From the NCBI GenBank assembly GCA_002269645.1, contig NIVC01000458.1, forward strand, positions 176,617 through 240,616: a DNA stretch of 64,000 bases, in the 5' to 3' direction. Below are positions 33,901 through 44,399 of this stretch, piece after piece. Position numbers and translations under genes: made by a program. Below the pieces are notes generated by a model that made no database searches, was not told where the DNA came from, and saw only the letters and a list, made by a program, of their open reading frames with translations. The stretch is from Macrostomum lignano. Taxonomy: Eukaryota. The stretch's first letter is position 1. Every line of letters starts with the position of its first letter.

Positions 33901-36900
33901 AAGAAAAACTATTGGTCAATAAATAATTCAGTGCTAAGTCCTTGCTAAAGTCTGTCCAATCTAAAGTCTAATCCAAAAAATTAAATTATATTATTACTCT
34001 CAAACTATATTTCAATTAAAACTTATTTCATTTGAAGCTTTGTTAAAAAGGAAAATGTTCTTAATATAAAAACTAATATAACTTTTAGGCAGAAAAAAGC
34101 TAGCGAATCCAATTGCCACTTGGCTCAATTTTATTTAACTATTGATATTAGCTATTGGTAGAATATGAGACATACAATGTATAGTCACACTGTTTATATA
34201 TTATATAAACCTAGTTAATAAATACTTTAGTCCTAGAATAAAATATTTTACTAAAAATCTGAGGCCTAGGCCAATACTTGAAGCACATAAAAATCTTATA
34301 TAAAATATACAAATCAATTTTAATTTCTATTATTCTAATAATATAACTTAACTATATAATCTATCATTTTGGTATTTGTAAGTAAATCTTTTAATATGCT
34401 AATTGTGTCTAATTGTATACTTGAATATTAAAAGGCAATACTTTCATTGAAATATATTATTTAAATTGGCACTAATATACTGACTAGGCATTTTGATATA
34501 AAATTTGCCGTAGAATCTAGTGCATCTTTTTATTGGGTAAAATCAGTTATTTCAAATTGGCACCAATAAAAAAATGCTTATTATAGTCAAAATCAGACTT
34601 AAGTGAACCTTTATTATATATAATAGAAGCCTTATATTCTATATTTTAATATTGTGCTAGACATACAAAAAATGCAAAATGTGTATTTTAGTCCTACATC
34701 TACTAATACCATTTTACATAATATAATAGTAGTGGTGTAGATATTTTAGTCATACCATAATGCACTACTTAAAGTAATTTTCTAATAAAATCAATTTAAA
34801 CTTATAAATCTATTTTTAGAATGAGTCATGGTGAATCATGTCTATTTTTAGAAATTATATTTTTAGAATGAGTCATGTGCAAACAGAAGTGACTTAGAGC
34901 CCTACATGGGATGGACATTTATTTGATCAAGGAACTGGTTCTCGTGAGTTTTATTTTGCTTAATTCCATATATGGTAATGATCATACATTTATGACCCAT
35001 TAATCAAACATATGTAACCTAAGTAAATAATCAATTTTATACCAGTTTTTCACAAAAAAATTATTATAAATGTAAGCAAAAATCTGAGAGAAAAATTCAG
35101 ACTCAGAGTGGTCTCAAGGAATACCTTGGAGTACATTAACTAAGAAGACCCATCTCTGAGAGAAGAAATCTGGACCAATTGGTAAGCATTTACCTGATTT
35201 AGTTATTTGTTACTAGTGCTAATAAGTTGATTAATTAAGTTTACGAGAGACACTTATTGTGGACACTTTTGAGAAAGGCCTTCTTGTTTCCTAGGATATA
35301 TTCCTAGAAGATTATTGAGTTAATTTGAGTTATCTATTATGTTTCAGATGTAATGAAGAAGACGCCCTTTAGGGGGACCTATTACAGAGATTTAAAGAAT
35401 TCAATTGTTCATAAGGGCGCACATTTTATTGTTAATTCCGAGCTCAAGGACCATCAAGAATTCTGATTAGCTCTTGTTTTGGTCAACCCACTGATAAAGT
35501 TAAGGACTCCAAGAAATAATAGCTGTTCACTGGAACTGGCCGCCATCACTCATTAAGCTAGCTAGCCCTACAAGACTCTGCGACTACCAACCTTAAGAAG
35601 ATCTACTGCAATAAGAGTTATTCAATTTTGTTTATACCTAGGCACTTTTTCTCTAGTGTCTAGAAATAGGAATTATTGAATGACTTATCACCATCCAATA
35701 AACTCTTTAGTAGTAGTGTAGGACCAAGACAGCCGCACACTAAGATTTCCACACTTGGGGGAGCTAAGGATGAATTTGGCTCAATGTGTTATTGGATTAT
35801 GCTAAAGAGATGAGTAGGTAGGAGAGTCAACAGGACAAGGCTACAAGAGAGGAACATATAAGAAGAATAGCAATGCTAGAAGATTGATAGCTCCTCCTTG
35901 GCCTTCAATACTAATAACCAATAATATTTGTGGTAGTCTTGGTATGTGGCAGTCTTAGTCATGCGCCATAGTGATTAAGCAATTTAATTTTTTCTAATAT
36001 ATATTAGTAGTAATATATCTACAAGCCTAAATTAAATGTAGTTCTCTTTTATAGTAAAACAATACTCATTTTATGGCATCTTCTTTTTTATATTCTTTGA
36101 ATCTTCTTAACAATTACAACTTATTCTTTTTTAGAAAATACTATATTTTAATTTTTATCCTAATTTAGTTTAACCATGTTTTAAAATAATATTCTGCAAA
36201 TAAAAATTGGTTTAAAAATATTTTCTTAATGAGTATAAATAAAAGCTCAAAAACCAAGAGAGTAACCAACCTACTTATGAGCTTTATTAATCAACTTCCA
36301 ATTTGGAAAGAAACAAATCAAATTTGCTAGGCCTATTAGCAGTTTGTGTAAGAGCAATAGGTATAAGACCAAGATGGCCATATACTAAGATGGTCATAAC
36401 ATTGGATATCTATTGTATCTACTCTCTTTCTACCATTAATTAGCAACATAATAGCTATTGTTATATTAATTTTAAAATTAATATTATATTATATCAATTA
36501 AATATTAATATTAATATTTATTTAATCAATCATATTTTAAAATACTGATGCAATAATAGGCCTATATTTGAAAGTAATTATTTATAATATAAAAACCTAA
36601 TCTTTTTAATGTTTATACCAATTTATTTTAATATCATTTTATCTATCAAATCTATCACTAGTAGTTTATCAAAAAGAAACCATTATTAGGCCTAGTAATA
36701 ATGATTGCTAGCTATGCAAAAAATTGGATAAATATGCAATAAAGTATTTATTTTATGCTAAGTTACTTGTTTTATATAGGCCTAGTGGATAAATATCTAT
36801 AGGCCCCTACGTCAGGCTAGGGCCTACAATAAAAACTAAAGCCAAAGTCCAAAGAGAATGATTATAATATAATAAAATTCAATTATTTATAGCATTTATC

Positions 36901-37740
36901 TTTCTTACTACCAATAGGATATGAGTGAAATATAGAAACCTAGGCTTATTATTATCTATTTGACTATTTAGACATTTAGAGCTGTGGCCATCTTAATGTA
37001 TGGCCATCTTGGTCATGTGCCTTTTAATAAGCCTTCACTTATTTTATGAGAAACCCCAACATTGGAAGAATTAAAAACTGCTAAAAATGAGAATTACCTA
37101 GTAGTCTGAGGTAAATCACCTTAAACTAAGCAGTAAAATTGCCTTGGAGCAACATAAATTCATAAATAGCTTTAGAGCTATCATCCTCTGATCTAGGAAA
37201 TGCCTAAGACTAAGAAAAATCCCTTGATATGAGTAAATAGGGTATAAGATAGGAATAGGGTAAATGTCATATAACTGTTCAGGCCAGTAGATGCTAATTA
37301 GTTATTAGTAAATATTAAATAATACATATGCTAGCAATAATATCTGATTACACTATATATACGCTGAGTACACTATATAAAAATAGTAAGAAGCCTTACA
37401 CATAACATAACCTTTGATGGCAGGTTAGTGAGATTTTAAAAGGAGAACATAAAGCACTATATAGCTTGGTGGAAATTTGATAAAATAGAAGCAACCCCTA
37501 GAACAGCTTGGTTTATTGGTGGGATTTAGATATAGTTTAGGCCTACCCCCTAGTACAGCTTGGTAATATCAGTAAGTAAGGTAATCATTAAGGGTTAAGA
37601 ATAGCCCTAGTATAGAAATAGTTTGTCTCTGGCTATATTATTGGTACTATCTATGCTATAGTCAATATATATAATTAGGCATAACATAATAGCTCTAATA
37701 CTAGTATAGTAATTCTAAAAATGTAATGTGGATTGCACTG
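33901..37740. other. AT-rich, CpG-depleted, TpA-rich intergenic block with decayed repeats
   Basis: About 13 CpG in 3.84 kb by eye, versus 16 CpG in 600 bp of similarly AT-rich DNA at 10081-10680. Confidence 0.8.
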
Positions 37741-38821
37741 CACTACAATGCATGTTCCATCGTTACGTGGATTCTAAAAAAAATATTTAGCCTGGCGTCA
37801 GCCTAATTAGCAGAGTGTAGAAGTACACTATTAATCATTCGGAATCATGTGTGCTCTGAAGATGTTAACGGTTTGTTTTACTATTTGACCCATAAAAGTA
37901 CATTTACAATAGAGATATAAAAATTGCACAATTTATCAGCTTAAAAAATTATAACGCAAATTAAAAAACAAGCTTGCTTTTTAGCAAGCCGTTTGGGCAT
38001 TCATCATTTTCTTTGAAACAATACCGCTGTTGTTTTGTTTTTTAACTGCTTTGTATTTTCGTGCTTTAATTTTGCATTTTCTTAGAAAATGTATAGTATA
38101 TAACATAGACATATACTACGAGCACACGTATTACGTATATAGCACACAGACTAAGAGCTCTCAACACAACTGTTACTATTAACGAGATCCAATTATGATA
38201 TTTTTATTTTCTACAATTTTGGTCAACAACTATTCTGCGTTTAAAGATCTTCACTTTCTAATTAATAAGTGGACACTGCTACTGACACTGATTTAGATTT
38301 AGAAATGATTTAGAAATATCATTTAGCTTAAGTCACTTTAAACTAGCAGAAAAATATAAATGAATGGTTAAAATTTAATCAGAATAGGCTACAAATAATA
38401 AAGCAGTTTCTTTTAAAAATTTAAGGCATTTTAGTCTAAGTAGATCGCTAGATAGATAAATTAGACCCAAATTATATGCCTATAGGCTATAGCCTATACT
38501 GAAATTGAGCAAAATGTCTAATTATATTCCATTTTCAATCAACATTTTCGAGAAAAAACATTTACACTAAGACATCTAAAATGGATAAATTTAGGCTATG
38601 AGAATACTGGTATTAATTTTTTTCTCTGCATTTACAGACCGATTTTCAAATAGAGTCAAATGGTCAAGTCATAAAACTCCATTTAAAGAACTGAGAATTA
38701 GCCAGCAGTAATATTTTATTCAATTTTTTTGTTTGATTTTTTCATTTTATCATTATTTCCTCTCAAATAATAGATCTTTTAATCAATTGATAAAATAACA
38801 TAAATTCATGGAAGCTTTTTT

Positions 38822-41800
38822 ATGGATTCAGCAGAGCAACAGCAGTCTAATGAATATGCTAATAAGTCTAGAAAATTTATTCCTTTGGCTTCATCATCAG
38901 CATTGTCTTCCTCTTGTCCTAATATAAAAATTGGCAATACAAGCAGTGGGAGCTCAGATTGTTTGATAAATACCCGAGATGATCAACAGCAACATAGATG
39001 GCAGTCATTAACCAATTTCACTGGCGATGGATTTTCAAAAAGCCAGTCCATGATGGGTAAGCTCATGTTATGTGGCTCTGGTTTAAACTTTAAAGTGTTC
39101 ATAGGCTTCCAAAGTAGTAATTTCCCATAAGCAGCCAAAATAATAAATTTCAGAGAAACAACTATAAGATTAGTTCTAAAAAATAAGCAATGCATGACTT
39201 TATATCATTGCTAGCTAAGGCGCGCTTTCAGAAACTATGAACCTATGACAACATGTCAACCTGCATAGATCGCTACTAGAAACTGGGCCAAGATGATTTA
39301 TTAAGTTTGGGTCTCCCTCTCCACCTAACCGTCGCCGCAGTGGCCGCAGCCGCAGCGGCCGCCCGCTGCCTGATGTGCCAGAGCTGGCGCGCCGAGATTC
39401 GCCGTCTCCGCTCCGCCCAACATCAGGCTGAAGCCGACGCTGCTGCCGAAGCCGCTGGCCGTCAGCGCGAGGCAGCCCGCGCAGCTGAATTAGCCGACGC
39501 TCTCGAACGTCTGGACTCGGCCTGTCGTCGTTCCGACGCTGCTCACGTTGAAAAACTCGACGATTTGAGCAAGCAGCTGTCTGAAGCGTCGGCCAGGGTG
39601 ACGAAACTGCGCGACCAACTTGACGCTTGCCGGTCCGGCCTCGGCGACCAGCTGAGCTGCCTGATCCGCGACCGCGACCAGCTGCAGGACGGCATCGACC
39701 AGCTGCAGGGCTGGTACGACGACCTGCTGGCCTCCGGACGCGACTCCGCTGATAAGCTGCGGCAGGGTCTGCTGGAGGACATCCCGGCTGCGGCTGATGA
39801 ACTGCAGGTCGGGCAAAATATTTTCTAGAAATATTCTAGATCACTCTCAATAATTTTCCATACTTTAATCTCCCATAGTTAAAATCTCCCATAGTTAAAA
39901 TCTCCCATAGTTAAAATCTCCCATAGTTAAAATCTCCCATAGTTAAAATCTCCCATAGTTAAAATCTCCCATAGTTAAAATCTCCCATAGTTAAAATCTC
40001 CCATAGTTAAAATCTCCCATAGTTAAAATCTCCCATAATTAAAATCTCCCATAGTTAAAATCTCCCATAGTTAAAATCTCCCATAGTTAAAATCTCCCAT
40101 AGTTAAAATCTCCCATAGTTAAAATCTCCCATAGTTAAAATCTCCCATAGTTAAATCATCGCGTACAAAAGTCACTAAAAGTACATAAGATACTTTAATG
40201 CACTACAAACTGGTCCCGAACTCCCGGTCCTCTACTGAACTAACATTGCGGTCTTCTGCTCCGCCAGGTGCTTGTGCTCAAGCTCAAGGAGGACCTCATC
40301 TCAGAGCGCGTCAACCGAGAGCACCTAGAACGTCGCTACAAATCCGAAGCAGACTTTGAGCGGCAAAAATTATTGAGCGAATCTGAGCAGCTCCGCCAGA
40401 CGCAGGAGTGCTTGCAGGCCGAGACTGACAGGTGCGACCGGCTGCGCTCGGAGCTGGCCAAGGAGCGCTCGGCTAAGGAGGCCGCCCAGTCACAGCTGTC
40501 CAGCTTGCAGGAGAAATCGAGAGAGGTGGCAGCCAATCTGCGAGCTAGCGAGGCGGAACTCAAAGCTAGGACTGCCAGACTTGAGACTGATAATGCCGAG
40601 CTGAGGCACCGGGTCACCTGTCTGCAGGTGAGAGCGGACTTGGGAAATATTGGGACTATTCAACTATTGTGATGCGTGCAGGGTGAGACAGGATGATGAG
40701 AGTGAGATGCGGCACAGAGTGAGATTTGACACAGAGTGAGATGTGACCGAGTGAGATGTGACCGAGTGAGATGTGACCGAGTGAGATGTGACCGAGTGAG
40801 ATGTGACCGAGTGAGATGTGACAAAGTGAGATGTGACCGAGTGAGATGTGACCGAGTGAGATGTGACCGAGTGAGATGTGACCGAGTGAGATGTGACCGA
40901 GTGAGATGTGACCGAGTGTGATGTGACACAGAGTGAGATGCGACACATAGTGAGATGCGGCACAGTGAGATGCGACAGAGTGAGATGTGGCACAGAGTGA
41001 GATGCGGCAGAGTGAGATGCGGCAGAGTGAGATGTGGCACAGAGTAAGATGCGGCAGAGTGAGATGTGGCACAGAGTGAGATGCGGCGCAGAGTGAGATG
41101 CGGCACAGAGTGAGATGTGACAGAGTAAGATGTGATGGAGTGAGATGCGGCACAGAGTGAGATGTGGCACAGAGTGAGATGCGGCAGAGTGAGATGTGGC
41201 ACAGAGTGAGATGCGGCGCAGAGTGAGATGTGACCGAGTGAGATGTGACACAGAGTGAGATGCGGCACAGAGTGAGATGTGACCGAGTGAGATGTGATCG
41301 AGTGAGATGTGACAAAGTGAGATGTGACCGAGTGAGATGTGGCACAGATTAACAGCAGAACTACCAAGAGGAGGGAAGAAATTCCCCCCCCCTGACAATT
41401 TTTTTGCTGCGCTAGAACGGAGAAACGCAGGCACACGGAATTCAAGAGCACGGGCTGACTTTTTGTTGCGCACCTTCTCAAACAAAAATCAAGTCGCCAG
41501 CCCTCCGGACCGTCGAGATATTCGACGATTCCGCCAGAAGGTCGGATTTTTCCCATAAGCGCCAGTGTATTCAGTACACCCCTGTGCGCCAATCAGCACT
41601 GCGCCTCAGTGCAGCCTTGCCAAGTCTCCAAATTTCATCAGCACGTCGATCACGTGTGTCTGCATCAGCTCTGACTTCGTTGGTCACTAGCCTTGGTCAA
41701 AATTGTAGGTGGGGGGGGGGAATTTCTTCCCCCCTATTGGTAGTTCGACGGGCGGAAAATGGCTTGGCATTCCTACTGTAAAGCTAACAGCAGTTCCGTT

Positions 41801-42156
41801 CTTCCCTTTCCGAGCAGACAGAGCTGCAGAACTCGGAGAGCGTCCAGAAGGACTTCGTTGAGCTTTCACAGTCGCTGCAAATGCAGCTGGAGAACCTCAG
41901 GCAGCAGGAGAGCCAGGTGCGATGGCAATTCGTCGAAGACGCATCGAACTGCGGCGCCTGCGGTCGCGGCCTCAGCCTGACTGTAAAGCCGCGCCGCTGC
42001 CTGCACTGCGTGAAGCTGTTCTGCCAGGACTGCACGGCCAAGACCGTCACCTCTGGGCCAAGTAAGCGGCAGGCCAACGTGTGCGAATTCTGCCACACTC
42101 TGGTTGTCAAGGACGCTGTGCCCTATTTCAGCGTACGAGCCCCAGCCAATAAGTAG
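38822..42156 (+). CDS. RABEP1: Rabaptin-5 (Rab GTPase-binding effector) with C-terminal FYVE-like finger, 466 aa
   Basis: Exons 38822-39056, 39341-39807, 40268-40627, 41818-42156 (1401 nt, phases consistent; CTAAC branch site before 39341). CLMCQSW corresponds to CDMCSNY; coiled coils; TELQNSESVQKDFVELSQSLQMQLENLRQ is the Rab5-binding C-terminus; WQFVED-C2C-C2C-C2C-C2C FYVE as in invertebrate Rabaptins. Exon 1 is less certain. Confidence 0.88.
39869..40155. repeat. 16-bp minisatellite (about 18 near-perfect units), RABEP1 intron 2
   Basis: Unit CTCCCATAGTTAAAAT. Confidence 0.97.
40700..41347. repeat. 15/17-bp minisatellite, RABEP1 intron 3
   Basis: Units GAGTGAGATGTGACC and GAGTGAGATGCGGCACA. 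Confidence 0.95.
41358..41745. mobile_element. MITE-like element with inverted termini of about 45 bp, RABEP1 intron 3
   Basis: GAACTACCAAGAGGAGGGAAGAAATTCCCCCCCC... versus ...GGGGGGGGGGAATTTCTTCCCCCTATTGGTAGTTC. No clear TSD. Confidence 0.7.
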
Positions 42157-42526
42157 ACAGCCCAGTAGTATCATTAGCGTTAATGGTCGGAATCTGACTA
42201 AATAATAATAAAAACATTTACCTGCATATCACGATTGCAGGAAAAAACAGCAATTGCTTTATGGAAACTTTCCAAGTGCTGTAACAATGATTAAAGAAAC
42301 ATGAAATCGCACTGGCCAAAATGGGCATCGGTGCTTTTAAAAGCATTATTAAATATTCGCAGGAGGGCTGTGGGCACCTGGCGCAACACCTTTGGCAATT
42401 CTGCCCCCATTCTGCTGACTCCTGAGCACATACATGCGCGCCAACACGCACTCACACACATGCTCACACAGGGTGTACAGCGGCCCTCTGACTTTCTAAT
42501 CGTCAGGCATGTACACTCTCTGTGCC

Positions 42527-43215
42527 TTGGGGTGGGGGTTGGCTCTCATGGGGGTGGGGGTTGGCTCTCATGGGGGTGGGGGTTGGCTCTCATGGGGGTG
42601 GGGTTGGCTCTCATTGGGGTGGGGGTTGGCTCTCATGGGGGTGGGGTTGGCTCTCATGGGGGTGGGGGTTGGCTCTCATGGGGTGGGGGTTGGCTCTCAT
42701 GGGGTGGGGTTGGCTCTCATGGGGGTGGGGTTGGCTCTCATGGGGGTGGGGGTTGGCTCTCATGGGGGTGGGGGTTGGCTCTCATGGGGGTGGGGGTTGG
42801 CTCTCATGGGGGTGGGGTTGGCTCTCATGGGAGTGGGGTTGGCTCTCATGGGAGTGGGGTTGGCTCTCATGGGGTGGGGGTTGGCTCTCATGGGGTGGGG
42901 GTTGGCTCTCATCGGGGTGGGGGTTGGCTCTCATGGGGTGGGGGTTGGCTCTCATGGGGTGGGGGTTGGCTCTCATGGGGGTGGGGGTTGGCTCTCATGG
43001 GGTGGGGGTTAGCTCTCATGGGGGTGGGGTTGGCTCTCATGGGGTGGGGGTTGGCTCTCATGGGGTGGGGGTTGGCTCTCATGGGGTGGGGGTTGGCTTT
43101 CATGGGGTGGGGGTTGGCTCTCATCGGGGTGGGGGTTGGCTCTCATGGGGTGGGGGTTGGCTCTCATGGGGGTGGGGGTTAGCTCTCATGGGGTGGGGTT
43201 GGCTCTCATGGGGGT
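42527..43215. repeat. 22-23-bp G-rich minisatellite
   Basis: Unit GGGGTGGGGGTTGGCTCTCATG. Confidence 0.97.
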
Positions 43216-43739
43216 GAATCAAACGACAATGACCCGGAAATTTTTTGTGCACAAGTCCCAAATAAATTTCTTTCTTTTTGTTTTGTGTTCGATCAAAAAA
43301 GTGCACCGAATGCATTTCTATTCATTCTTTCCTAAAAGAGATCCCAGACTCTGTTGCTTATCGTTTCTTCTTGTTTCTTCTGTTGTGAAGTAGATCTGAT
43401 TTAACTGAACATAATGTCGAATGATTTTACTAAAGTGATCTCATTTTTTAACATTTTAGCTTCTGTTGCTACTTGCAGTAGTCTGTTTGTATACTTTGTG
43501 TCAGTTAGGCCGAATGATTAATTCTTACAACGCTTCTAGCGGGGCGCCTCTCTTGCAGCTGGAACTGTTCGATTCTTCTTTCCTAAAAAAACATTTAATT
43601 TCTTGTTTCTTTTGAACTTTTGCTGCTTGCCGCTTTTAGTTATATAAATACTTCTGTTATGGATATCATTCACATTTTGCTGCTGATATGCGCCGCAAAT
43701 TCTTAAAATGAGAGACCACTAATTAGAAATGTAACAATC

Positions 43740-44050
43740 ACTACCAGATTCGGTATATCAGATTTATGACAACTCTACCAGTTTTGCAGTCACTCTACCA
43801 GATTCACAGCCAATCTACCAGATTCATACCAATCTACCAGATTCACAGCCAATCTACCAGGTTCATACCAATCTACCAGATTCACAGCCACTCTACCAGA
43901 TTCACAGCCACTCTACCAGATTCACAGCCAATCTACCAGATTCACAGTCACTCTACCAGATTCACAGCTATTCTACCAGATTCACAGTCACTCTACCAGA
44001 CTCACAGCCACTGTACCAGATTCACAGCCAATCTACCAGACTCGCAGCCG
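43740..44050. repeat. 20-bp minisatellite
   Basis: Unit CTACCAGATTCACAGCCA(A/C)T. Confidence 0.9.
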
Positions 44051-44399
44051 CTCTTACCTGACTTAGCAATAGAAATTCTACAACATTGTGAATTTTACCC
44101 TGGCCTATTCGTGTAGAAGTAGCTCGTATAGTCTACTGTTATTTCTGAAGCTTAGTTTGTTTTATTGGTATGCTGAATGGTTTAAATATTTAATTCTTTA
44201 TAGTGAGCAATAAGTGCTGTCTGTAGTACTTGTACGCTTAGCTCTTTTATTAATGTTGTCATTTTTATTTTAAACTCCTTCACTTGCTTAGTTGCGCGCA
44301 CTGTTACCGCACTTTTATTCAGTCTAACAGTCAGTATTTTGCGCACGGATTTGTTTCTGACTTATTGGAAAAAACTTTTGACAATTTTTGGGTCGCTTC

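Noticed and set aside
35101-35815. Splice-like signals and a long frame with sparse stops, as possible lost 5' exons of Rabaptin
   Set aside because: Stop density is not clearly below random expectation and there is no coiled-coil character.
44100-44340. In-frame TAA/TAG in protein-like frames as evidence for a variant genetic code
   Set aside because: Well-supported genes in the window terminate at TAA (zinc finger), TAG (MMD, RABEP1) and TGA (HTT), so the standard code applies.
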